This document shows positions 1 through 10,070 of a stretch of DNA of 36,790 nucleotides, in pieces. The translations under genes were made by a program, and so were the position numbers. The first letter of the stretch is position 1. Each line of letters begins with the position of its first letter. The stretch comes from Catajapyx aquilonaris (lineage: Eukaryota), in assembly GCA_000934665.2 (NCBI GenBank), contig JYFJ02003879.1:1-36790 (forward strand), given 5' to 3'. The notes below the pieces were generated by a model. It was not told the origin of the DNA. It saw nothing but the letters and a program-made list of their open reading frames with translations, and ran no database searches.

Positions 1-548
1 CAATCTTTTTGATTCTCGCCATCCCTATATTATATGAATCAGACAAAAATAGGCCAATTTGGGTCCTCTCCTGGCGTGGACCCAGTGGTCCAAATTTTAC
101 GACGATTTATTTGTAGGGTCCCTGGGTGTGCCCCATTGCCGCATTAAAATTTGAGCCTTGCAGCATTTCCCTGTGCCGAACTAGAAAATGCCGAAATGTA
201 GAGAGCGCGGGAGCTGGAGTAAAGGATGCACGGCAGCGCGAGACGTAAGAGTAAAGGAGGGAAGGGGCGAATGGTCTGGGTCAGTGGCGGTGGAAGTAAG
301 TGGCTTAGACTTGGCGGGATGCACTGCCGTGCATCTTGATTGACAATTGTGTGTCTTTTTGGTGTTTGATGCTCCCATCGACGTCTTAAAAAAAGGAATA
401 AGAAATGAAGTCAAGTCAATTCACAAATTAGAGGAAGCTATAAGAAATAGCCTATTAAGACAACAGGTCAACAGCTACCGGATGCTCACATGACCTAACA
501 AACTGCATTCAATATCCTGTGGCTAGAGTAGGCCTACTGCCTTCTACA

Positions 549-582
549 GAGGAGGAGGAGGAGGATGATGATGATGATGATG

Positions 583-650
<68 letters not shown>
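549..650. repeat. Compound microsatellite (GAG)n(GAT)n(AAT)n forming the SINE tail
   Basis: Directly visible trinucleotide runs; explains the spurious poly-E/D/N and poly-L/S ORFs. Confidence 0.95.
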
Positions 651-651
<1 letters not shown>

Positions 652-900
652 GATACCCCGTGATAGGCTTTGGGCCTCGTAGGGGATCATCTTTTCGTGA
701 ACCAACTTTAGTCAAATGTTGCCTGCGTGTGATGGATTTTGCGGGAGGAAATGGGAGAACCCCGAGAAATCCCACGCGAACACGGAGAGAACCCATCGAA
801 ACTCTATCCACATAAGTATCCTCTGCGTGACCCGGAGATCGAACTCTGGACCTTAGAGATGGAAGGTTGCGGCACTAACCTCTCCGCCACCATGTCGCCC
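557..900 (-). mobile_element. tRNA-derived SINE with V-domain-like core (V-SINE-like), full length
   Basis: The minus strand has a Pol III A box (GGTGGCGGAGAGGTTAG, ~875-891) and a B box (GAGTTCGATCTCC, ~834-846). These are followed by TGTGGATAGAGTTTCGATGGGTTCTCTCCGTGTTCGCGTGGGATTTCTCGGGGTTCTCCCATTTCCTCCC, which resembles the V-SINE central domain, and an (ATT)n tail. The TSD TACAGAGGAGGA is at 545-556 and 901-912. Confidence 0.85.
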
Positions 901-1159
901 TACAGAGGAGGAATTTTATTCCAAGCACATTCATAGCATTTTCAATGAACATGTAAGTATAGCTGTAATTATTTTGTATATATTGTCTTTGTCTTCAGAG
1001 TATGTGTAAGGGAAAATCTAGGCGATGTCCTAATGGTTGGCCAGCAGTACTTGAATTTCAAGTTATTACTTTTGAAAATTAATTTAGGGACTTCTAGATA
1101 AGTGAAAATGGTTTCCAACACATTCATAGTGTAGAACATGAACGTGTAAGTGTATATGT

Positions 1160-1695
1160 CAGGGGTATTCAACTAGTTTATGACAAGGTCCAGTATATTT
1201 ACCTTTCCTGGGCCATTGAAGGTCCGGACCCCCCACCCCCGGGTAAAGACATGGATTTAATATGGTACCACAGGGTTCATTTTTGAAACTAGAAACATGC
1301 GCAGCAAAGGTATGGAAGGGGCTATCAAGAGAGGACATATTAAGACATTTTCACCCTTTATGATGTCCTGTACAGGCGCGTAGGCAGAAAATTTTTTGGA
1401 GGGGGGGCGGCATTTCATAAGCACAATGTGAACAAGCCTCAAAGGGCGGGGAACAAGTCCGCCGCAGGCGGATTTAGGGGGGGGGGGGTTCAAGATCACA
1501 CGAGCTTAGGTGAATATGGGAGATCTGATACATATGATATGGGAGTATTTGATGAAATTGGTAGCATTTTTTCCAAAAAATCATGAATTAGTAATTTCTA
1601 ATGCTATTTCGAACTGCCCTGTATATTGTTGCGGTCCGGACAAAATTGCGTCGTGGTCCGGATCCGGACCGCAGTCCGCCAGTTGAATAGCCCTG
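1160..1695. mobile_element. Non-autonomous hAT-type DNA transposon (MITE)
   Basis: TIRs CAGGGGTATTCAACT (1160-1174) and AGTTGAATAGCCCTG (1681-1695) match at 14/15. The 8-bp TSD GTATATGT is at 1152-1159 and 1696-1703. Confidence 0.88.
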
Positions 1696-2016
1696 GTATA
1701 TGTTATTAATTATTATTTGTGAAATATCTTGTCCTTATCTTCAGAGTAAATGCAAGCGAAAATCTAGGCGATGGAATTTACAGCGATCTTTTTGGAAATG
1801 AATTTAGGGACTTCTAGACAAGGAAAATAGTTTCCAAGATATATGATATGTTTTCCCTGGGCGTGTAAGTATAGCTGTTATTATTTGTAAAACATATTAT
1901 AATACGTACAGAGTACGTGCAAACCAAAATCTAGGCGATCCTTTTGGAAATTAATTCAGGGATTTCTAGACCGAGGAAACTGGTTCCAAACACATGCATA
2001 GCATAGAGTGCATGTA

Positions 2017-3338
2017 GGGTAAAATTAGGTTGGATGGCAAGTCAGGTTGGATGGCAAAGATTTTTGTTAAATTAAAATAGTTAGGAAATCGCGGCTTTCT
2101 AAAGTTGCCGTTTATTCATACTGTGGAGCCACCTTCCAGCTGTGTTACAAAAAATAGCTCACTGCCATATATTGTGTGACAACCTAATTATCCGAAGAGG
2201 AAGCCATATTGGGAATTTTTTGGCGTCTGCTGGAGAGCGGCCGGACCTCACGGTCAAAAACAGATTAATAATGAGTTAGAAAGTCAGTATTTCATAATTT
2301 AATGCATATGAATCAAATTTAGAGAGTTTAAAGAACAATTGTGACTAAACACAGTTCTGAAAAATTCACAATAGCGCTCGTACAGGCCTTAACAAAGTTG
2401 GCAAATTTTTAAGGTTGCTCCTGTCATGGAGGCACTCATTTTCCAACTTGGACTTGGGGTCACTAACATTCAAGGTGCCTTCAGAGGAGCGGGTCTGGTC
2501 CCACTAAACAGCTTTAAGGCGCGTTCACACTAGCTACGAAACGAACGGAACGGTATGACGGAACGAACGGAAAGAGGGGAAAGGTGTTCAGACACAAAAG
2601 CGAGTGGCGTGGCTTTAGCCTCCGTATCCCGCAGCGCATGCGCTCTGCTTGAATTCTCGGGGAGGAAGCAGGATCTCCCTCGGGCTCTCCCTCCCTTCGG
2701 ACCGGTATCATACCCTTCTCTTCTCCCATCTCCCGAGGCCCGCTCCCCCTGGGTCTCGACTCCCGACTGATGTCCTTCGTCCTGTCCTCGCCAGAGGCGC
2801 TGCCGGATTTCCCTTTCACTTTCGCTCGCCACACCCCTGCCGCTTTCCTGGCTCTTCCATTGGTGGATAGGTCCGTAAGCCTACGTATTCCGTATTCCGT
2901 GTCCGTCAAAAGTTGATTTCTCCCGTCTTTTCCGTTTCGTAATCCCTTTCACTTTTCGTCATCCTCAAGTGGGCTCAGATTGGTCCACTCTTTCGCATCG
3001 TTCTTTTCGTATGCTCCCGTCAGCTAGTGTGAACCCCCCTTTAATAGTGATTATTATTTCTGATAGACCTAATAAATTGCCATGTAACCTTACACTTTGC
3101 CATTCAACCTGATGGGCTTGCCATTCAACCTACTGTTTTGAAAAATCTTACTATTTGCAGCTGAAATTTAGAAGTTAATTAACATATAATGTATTGCTTA
3201 TTTGCTTTCTGTAATTATTTACTTATGGTGAAGGATATTTGAAAAATGATATTGGCCCAAAACTTTGGTTAAAATGGTGAACCTAACCTCGTAAAAAAAA
3301 TTTGCTTGGAAAATTTGCCATCCAACCTTACTTTACCC
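2017..3338. mobile_element. Non-autonomous TA-targeting DNA transposon (Tc1/mariner/pogo-like MITE) with nested insertion
   Basis: TIRs GGGTAAAATTAGGTTGGATGGCAA and TTGCCATCCAACCTTACTTTACCC match at 22/24, with TA on both sides. Internal copies of GGTTGGATGGCAA/TTGCCATTCAACC lie near the ends. Removing the element restores the host tandem-repeat unit. Confidence 0.8.
2517..3040. mobile_element. PIF/Harbinger-type MITE nested in the 2017-3338 element
   Basis: TIRs are AGGCGCGTTCACACTAGCT and AGCTAGTGTGAACCCCCCT. The 3-bp TSD TTA is at 2514-2516 and 3041-3043. The interior is GC-rich with ACGAA/ACGGA subterminal repeats. Confidence 0.8.
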
Positions 3339-3408
3339 TATGTGTAAGTATAGCTGTTATTACAGGTAAAATATCCTTTTTAAATCTTCAGAGTACATGT
3401 AAGTTTAA

Positions 3409-4165
3409 AGGAAGGGTTCAGTGATTTTGCATGTTGGGCTTCAACGATCAAGGTAGACTCCCTGATTCCAAAAATGTGGTCAGTTTTTAAATATGACGCC
3501 GCATAAGCAAATGCTGTTAGGTGAAAGTCAATCTCCGCTACTGTATTCGATACGGTAAGCGTACAGCTAGCGCTTCCCGCGGAGATCCCAGTAACATGCC
3601 AGGGCTGACGTTGGCTTACCCGCGAAGTCAATTTTTGAACTAGGAATAAGTGGATGAATCACTTGGCCCTTCCTTCGACGCCGTCACATGCAGCCAAGAT
3701 GTGGGCAATGTATTCCTCCTCTCTCTCTCCGGATTATACCTCGCGACACTACCCGCCTTGGTATAAAGTCTCGAGCTTATACGGAAGTATCCCGTCGTGG
3801 CCATCACTCTGTGACATGGTCCGACCACTGGCACCCCTCTCTCCCACTCTGCCTCCCCTTCTCATCCTCCCCTGCATTCCCATGGCCCTTGGCACCCGGG
3901 GCGGGTTCCGCTCGGGTCGAAAACACAAAAACCTGGCTTGCACATGGTTTGTCGCTATGGGGGCGGACATCTTGGTTGTATGTGGGATCTTCCATCGCTG
4001 CCGCTAGAGGGAACCCGTGTTCGGCGCTGATTTTCAAAAAAATCAACTTTGACTTGAAATTTTACGCTTATGGTGCATTTGCTACCAAAACGGATCGGAT
4101 ATTCAGAATCAGAGAGTCCTGCTCGATTTTTGAAGGTCAACATGCAAAATCACTGAACCCTTCCT
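3409..4165. mobile_element. Non-autonomous Kolobok-like DNA transposon
   Basis: The TSD TTAA is at 3405-3408 and 4166-4169. Termini are AG...CT (RR..YY, unlike piggyBac CC..GG). A 28-bp perfect TIR AGGAAGGGTTCAGTGATTTTGCATGTTG extends imperfectly to ~120 bp. Confidence 0.85.
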
Positions 4166-4277
4166 TTAACAGAAACGATAATCCTACGGCGATGGCAGTA
4201 TAGCTGGGGCCCAAATGGTTAATATGATAAAACAGATGAAGCGAGACGCGATAAAACAGTAGGCTGAACGGTGCCCA

Positions 4278-6773
4278 TCACTGATTTGCAATATTACAGA
4301 ACTTCCCCAATTTTGTGCTGTCATCGGATAAATTCTTGCAGTTGCACCGAAATGCTTCAAAAGCAAACACAACGATACCTAGTCCTAAGAGAAGGTACAA
4401 CAACACAAACGTGCCTTTCACTTGGTTCAGGCCAAGGGCCATAGGAAACCCATACAGTCTGTTACTCTTTCTAGCGTCTCTTAGTCCCATCCGAAAAAAT
4501 GCCATCACGAAATCATTGAAGTACTTTGTATAAATGCCTGCCTCCGGAATATACATCTGAATCCGGCCAACTATTGGACCAATGGGGGCGTATTTTGGGA
4601 AGGCGATGCCGCAAATGATTTTTAACGAGTTGTCGTCCACTATCTCCACCGGCACCTTACCCTCCTTGTCGAGCTGTTGGTACGACATGGCGACCAGCAG
4701 CTCGGTGACGGCGATGCAGCTGAAGTCTTCTTCCATGGCCTTTGTGAGGCATGCTTTCATATCACCTCCATCCTGCAATTTCGGATGTATAGCCTGGTGG
4801 TACGACACTTCGGACTCTGAGAGAAACATGTCCATAAATGGTTTCATCCAATCGAGCGCTCCCCACTCCCAATTGTCCCAATACACCATTTCACGCATGT
4901 TGTTCGGCAGGGATTCCAGTCGAGGAGACACAAGGAAACCGAAGAACTTGGCTTCGTAGCCACAAATTATCACGTCACAAAACAACCACCAGGCGGCAAT
5001 TAGGACTTGCAGCGAAGCAGCAGTGGGCACAAGGTTAGGATTTTCTTCGATTAAAGCCGAGAAAATGTACCGAAATGAATACAAGACCAGTGATTTTGGT
5101 GGGTTCCGATCAAAGGCACTGGCTGACTTGAATTTTAGCATGAAGGTAAAAACCACACTGGTGATCAAAGCCGACACAAAGATCATCCCCCACATTTCCC
5201 CTGTAAAAGGCAAAGCAATGGAATAGAAAGAAAACTCCCGATATGGTTTTCGCCTCAGGAAAGTCAACGACGTTTCGTAATAAACATACGGAATATCAAC
5301 GACATGTAGAATCTCTGCTTGTGCCATCGCGGCTGCAATGTCGACTTCCCTGTGTATCATCTGACCTGCCATACCAGTCCAATTTCCATCTGGAAGTGCT
5401 TTTTCTGAGTCACCTCCAGGCAGCTCAGGAGATGCATCGATGTGCCAGTCGTAATTGAGAGCACCACCAACGGCGTCGTACACTCGGAGGAACGGAAATA
5501 CCGGCAGACCCGCCTCCAGCATGAACTTGAATTCGTCTGGCGATGCACCTATAGGCCATGACCCATTCAAGTGCCTCCGTTGAAAATCACGAGTAAAATC
5601 AGGGTACAGCTCGAGTGCGTTTGGTCTTATTACTCCGTTACTGTATTCACCCCTCTTGATGACCTTTGCATTGCCTTTGTCACAAAAATGGCACTTGTTT
5701 ACGACGGTCAGCGAGTCTTGGGTGGTATGCATGAGACCCATTTGATGCAAAAAGTTGTAATCGCGATGCATCATATTTGGTTGTATGTCTGAATCGGGGC
5801 TGTAGTACAGAAACTTGTGCTTCCTAGGATCCATCCGAACAATGCTTGCCGTGTACTTCAAAAGCGGTTCAAAGTTCCCTTCGTGATTCATGAGGACAAA
5901 CAGGACACAGTTGGCAAGATGTACGGCGGTATGCCGCTCTAACCAGGAAAAGAAATACTCGGGTCCGGAGCCGCGTTTTGGAGACGGTGTGGTAGCTGTC
6001 CATTGCACCAAAGCAACCGCACTTCCCATAGTGTTAATGCGCTTGATGAAACTTGAATCATGATGTAGATTTGGGTAGTCGTGAGCCAACACGAGCAAGC
6101 AGTCTTTTTGATGAGTGTCCGCAACAAATGATGTCACCATACTCTCCGGCGTTGTTCCTGATCGATGGGGGCTATTAGTTATGTGCAATGGTGCTGACTT
6201 GTAATGCTGCAAGTAGTTTAATTCTTCGTCATGTCCACGAGAACTAGTTAGGCGCAGTGGTATTGTCTTGTCGGGGTACATGTAATTTAATTTCGCGCGT
6301 GGGTACGAAGTTTCTTCCGCGGAAATAATGGTTGTGGCTACATTTTCACAAGTATTTGTCCGAATCATCATTATCACATGGCTCATAATGTTGTTCATGC
6401 GGGTTGTCATCAATGCAACGGACATCTGCAGTGGCAGTGTAAAAGTTGATTCTTTACAAAAAGCTGCTCTGAGGATACTTGATGCACGGGGAATTCTGCT
6501 CAGATGTTTAATCTTCTCAAAGGTGCTCATTTTTGACACGTTAAACTCATGAAAGTTCGTATTGTCTTTGACTGCTTGACACCAATACAGTGCATACCTT
6601 ACGTGCCCGGTACTGCCACACCAATGCATCGACAGGTCCTGTCCTCTCCTGCTAGCGTCGTTCACTGACACACTGCACTCTTTGATCAGCACACATCTTG
6701 TGGCGCTTGACCTAATGGGAGACTGTGACACAACCAGAAGCACAAGAAGAGGTAGTGCAACCTGTGGTAGCAT
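4278..6773 (-). CDS. Divergent ionotropic receptor (variant ionotropic glutamate receptor family, probably chemosensory), 831 aa, intronless
   Basis: N-terminal signal peptide; S1 lobe DGNWTGMAGQMIHREVDIA; M1 after PFTGEMW; pore helix YSFRYIFSALIEE; M2 IAAWWLFCDVIICGYEAKFFGFLVSP (degenerate SYTANLAAF); S2 end GIAFPKYAP...EAGIYTKY; last TM LGLNQVKGTFVLLYLLLGLGIVVFAFE. Confidence 0.9.
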   Translation of the reverse strand: MLPQVALPLLVLLVVSQSPIRSSATRCVLIKECSVSVNDASRRGQDLSMHWCGSTGHVRYALYWCQAVKDNTNFHEFNVSKMSTFEKIKHLSRIPRASSILRAAFCKESTFTLPLQMSVALMTTRMNNIMSHVIMMIRTNTCENVATTIISAEETSYPRAKLNYMYPDKTIPLRLTSSRGHDEELNYLQHYKSAPLHITNSPHRSGTTPESMVTSFVADTHQKDCLLVLAHDYPNLHHDSSFIKRINTMGSAVALVQWTATTPSPKRGSGPEYFFSWLERHTAVHLANCVLFVLMNHEGNFEPLLKYTASIVRMDPRKHKFLYYSPDSDIQPNMMHRDYNFLHQMGLMHTTQDSLTVVNKCHFCDKGNAKVIKRGEYSNGVIRPNALELYPDFTRDFQRRHLNGSWPIGASPDEFKFMLEAGLPVFPFLRVYDAVGGALNYDWHIDASPELPGGDSEKALPDGNWTGMAGQMIHREVDIAAAMAQAEILHVVDIPYVYYETSLTFLRRKPYREFSFYSIALPFTGEMWGMIFVSALITSVVFTFMLKFKSASAFDRNPPKSLVLYSFRYIFSALIEENPNLVPTAASLQVLIAAWWLFCDVIICGYEAKFFGFLVSPRLESLPNNMREMVYWDNWEWGALDWMKPFMDMFLSESEVSYHQAIHPKLQDGGDMKACLTKAMEEDFSCIAVTELLVAMSYQQLDKEGKVPVEIVDDNSLKIICGIAFPKYAPIGPIVGRIQMYIPEAGIYTKYFNDFVMAFFRMGLRDARKSNRLYGFPMALGLNQVKGTFVLLYLLLGLGIVVFAFEAFRCNCKNLSDDSTKLGKFCNIANQ

Positions 6774-8729
6774 GACTACGACTGATTTCTCATCGACCTT
6801 GAACCATCGTTTTATATTCTTGCTCCATCAGATCGTTTCTGCCCGCCAAAATTCCAAACACTGAAATCTTGGTTTTTTAATGCTCGCAATCAGGTCGAAT
6901 ATTCGACAACGGTGACCGCAGAACAGTAGCTATTTTGAAAACCACGTTATCTGTCAATTACATACGGTGCCAAAATTTTGCCGACTTTAAATATCTGGAA
7001 GCTACATATTGATCACAGGTCTTGTGCCAAAATTGATGTCAGCTGTCAATACGAAATTGGGTAATGGCAGTCATGACGAGGTTCCACCCGGTTATTTGGT
7101 ACATTTTCATCCCAGTGTGACACGCATGTGTCAAACTATGATGATGTGTTACCGTAATGCCAGCCCATTTTGGCAACTTTCGTCGTCTCCTGCCACTGGT
7201 TTGTTTACTTGACCGACATTGACGTCCACTAAATTGGTAACCTTGAATTGATTTAGGTACACTCAAGGGGTAACAGTTTTGGTTTTTTTCATCCGAGATT
7301 CTTTGGTGCGCAATGTGTGCGTACTACACTGTTAATCTTAATCAAATAGAAGAGATAATTATTTGCGAATTTTCAGTGATTTTGGACATTCCTCATGATA
7401 AAGTCTATTTTCAATAGTTGACCGCAAGGGAAGCGTTGTAAATTAATTCCTAATCTTATTAAAAATTCATTATTACTTTTGCAGTGTCCTGCTGATTGCA
7501 CTTGCGCCGACTTAAAATTGGCTTCCTCAGAGTTACTGAGAAAATGACGAATGGAGTGTGGGGTTAGTAATGGAGTAAACAAGTGACGAAAGTAGTCTTG
7601 TGTACACCAGGTGATGACCTGGACCTTTGGTGGGGTTTCAGTTGCCTGTTCCTCTGCATTTTTGCTGCATTTAAATTAAAAAAAAAATCGCACACGGAGA
7701 AATGAATGTATCGGCGGAGTACCAATTTTAAACATATTGCATAATGCCGCAGTAGACCACAAAACAGTTTGGTCTTTATTTTCCTGCTTGATATTGAAAA
7801 AAATATCAAGCACAATCATAATGAAGGCCATGAAATAATGTCATTTTCCCGCTGAAATTCGGCAATTATGCTCGCTCCTGAAAGGAAGCTTATTGGCATG
7901 TCGCAGGCCGACTGCCCGTATAGGCTATAGACTACTGCTATCAGTTCCACAATCCTCTCTGTAAGCACGTCTGGTATGTAGCCTTGAAGAGTTGAAGTAT
8001 GACAATCTGAATAATGTCAGTATGTCACGAATTCATTCTGCATATATCACATAGGGACAATATCTATACAGTAGAATATATGAAGACCTTGGGAGAAAAA
8101 CGATCAAGGTCCACCTCAGGTGAAACTGAGATAATCCTATTTTAAATTTCGAAGGGCCATAAGGTTCCATTGTAAATCCCACTTTCTGGGCCTTCCGTAG
8201 AGACCTACGATCATTATTCCACAACCACGACCAAACCATCATATTCTACACTAGGGAAAGTATCTTCTGAGATATGTAACTAATTTTTGACAGAAAATGG
8301 ACCTTGATCTTTCTTCCCCCGAGGTCTTCATATCAGTATCAGGTTCAATTAGTTCCGGCCACTTTATCTTGCTCTTGAAGCAACCCTTCGCACAGGCCCC
8401 ACCTGGCCTTCGCACACCTGCCATATTGGAAATAAACAGTGTTGTTAACTTGAATGTATGTGACAATTCTCTAATATCTGTTAAATTTTTTTAAATACAC
8501 AATCTCAGCTTTCAGTAAAGACATCATAGAAATTACCGGTATTTATTTTACAATCTGACTCTGATGTATACTTTTACATGGAATTAGCCCCATGACAAAT
8601 TAGTAGGTGATACCAGAAACATTTCAAGCATTCTGGCTAAGACGACGAAAGCAAGGGGAAAAAATTCTCTTTACTGAATGTAGCGAAGAATGAGAATTCG
8701 TACGATCCAACGAATGAGGCGCAGCCAAA

Positions 8730-9299
8730 ATGTATAAGGACGACACGAGTGGTACGGCCAGGCACATATCTTTCGCACATGGAGCACGGCACAGCCAGGC
8801 ACTTCATTTCATCCAGTACCCGTACCTTGGTCGGTTCAACACCATTCATACGAAGGAAGAAGTCGACATGGGAGTTGTATTCCAGCTAGCTGCCACCTTA
8901 TTAATATCCGGCATCATACATCTTGCCTCGAGTATACTCTTGCGGTATGGCATAACCCACCATTACCTGGACGGCGGAAAGGATTTGGGAGACTATTGCT
9001 TCCGATTCGGGGAACTCATGCTCTTCGTGGCATCTGTCATCTTTGGAATCTCGCTTGTAATCGTAAGTTTTTTAGCCACATGTGATTGGGGTGCTGGAAT
9101 GTGGGTGTGGTTCTTGTGTATATGGATGACAGCGGCTAGCCTCATCATCAAGACAGTCGAGTGATTGAGGATTCTTGTCTTTGTACAGTGGCAAGCTATG
9201 GACATCCCAGAACCACCCGCTCCACTGGATGGACCTGGGCCACGTGATCAACCAGCAAATGGACCAATACCAGCTGGCCACGTCCCTGATAGATTTTGA
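8730..9299 (+). pseudogene. Candidate orphan multi-pass membrane protein ORF with one in-frame TGA (9162-9164)
   Basis: Three hydrophobic helices follow M8868. The frame continues past the TGA as LRILVFVQWQAMDIPEPPAPLDGPGPRDQPANGPIPAGHVPDRF to TGA 9297-9299. AATAAA is at 9428-9433. I recognise no homolog. Confidence 0.35.
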
Positions 9300-9469
9300 T
9301 GGACATGGGATAGAATATTCGATGTTATAATCATTGCCACACGAAACATTGAGGCTGCGTGGATTGTCATTGAGCGAGGACGATAATGTCAAGAAATGTA
9401 GGGGTATTATTTTGTACGTGGAAGTTGAATAAAATACTGTTGTTTGCTTGAATTATGAGTATCCCCTTA

Positions 9470-10070
9470 CAAACAGGTGCAGTAAAAGCGTTGGCTGGGA
9501 CTCTCCAAAAACACCCCAGGACACATATTGTCCTTACCGAAACAGGTTTTATGGAGGTGGAGGTGGAGGTAACAGACAGGGCAATAAGATGGATGGCCAA
9601 AATTGAGAGCAGGGATCGAGGGACACTGTTAGGGATGGATACGGATGGAGATGAAGGAGAGGGAATGGGGCGTTGAGGATGGCGAAGAGTGGCAGCAGAA
9701 GAGCTGAAAGACAGAGAGGTTACGGAAAGATGGACCAGAATAAATACAATACTTCGACCAATGGTAGCATACAAGAACTTGAAGAAGGAACAAGGGGAAG
9801 AAGACTACCTGGGTAGAGATAATGTGAAATTCAATCAAGGTACTGGCGAAGCTGAGATGTGGGACGCTCACCAGGGGGAGATGGCTAGGGGACGAAGAAA
9901 GAAAATGCTACACGTATTTGTGCGGGGAGGATAAGGAGACTAGTATGATGCATGTGATGAGGGATTGTAGAGCCATGAATGGAGAGAGGTTGTCATGGGT
10001 CCAGGGCGTAGAACGAGTGAAAGAGGTAGAGGAACTCTATTCATTGAAGCTGGATGGTAAAAAGAGATGT
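9470..10070 (+). mobile_element. Decayed 3' portion of a non-LTR retrotransposon (LINE) ORF2
   Basis: Frameshifted KRWLGLSKNTPGH/IVLTETG resembles the post-RT region of LINE ORF2. A CCHC knuckle CYTYLCGEDKETSMMHVMRDC is at 9906-9968. Several stops and frameshifts interrupt it. Confidence 0.65.

Larger units (their letters stand above)
919..3404 (+). repeat. Degenerate ~150-190 bp tandem repeat (about 4 units) interrupted by transposon insertions
   Basis: The motifs TTCCAA-CA-AT, GTAAGTATAGCTGT, TCTTCAGAGTA, AAAATCTAGGCGAT and AATTTAGGGACTTCTAGA recur in units at ~919-1110, 1111-1159+1704-1830, 1831-1980 and 1981-2016+3341-3404. Confidence 0.8.

Noticed and set aside
509..815. Poly-N/poly-L ORFs (also 18825-19119, 21813-22007, 22051-22299)
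   Set aside because: They are translations of microsatellites and SINE sequence.
2514..4203. Overlapping 60-170 aa ORFs in the GC-rich MITE interiors
   Set aside because: They have no transposase motifs and are stop-poor only because of GC content.
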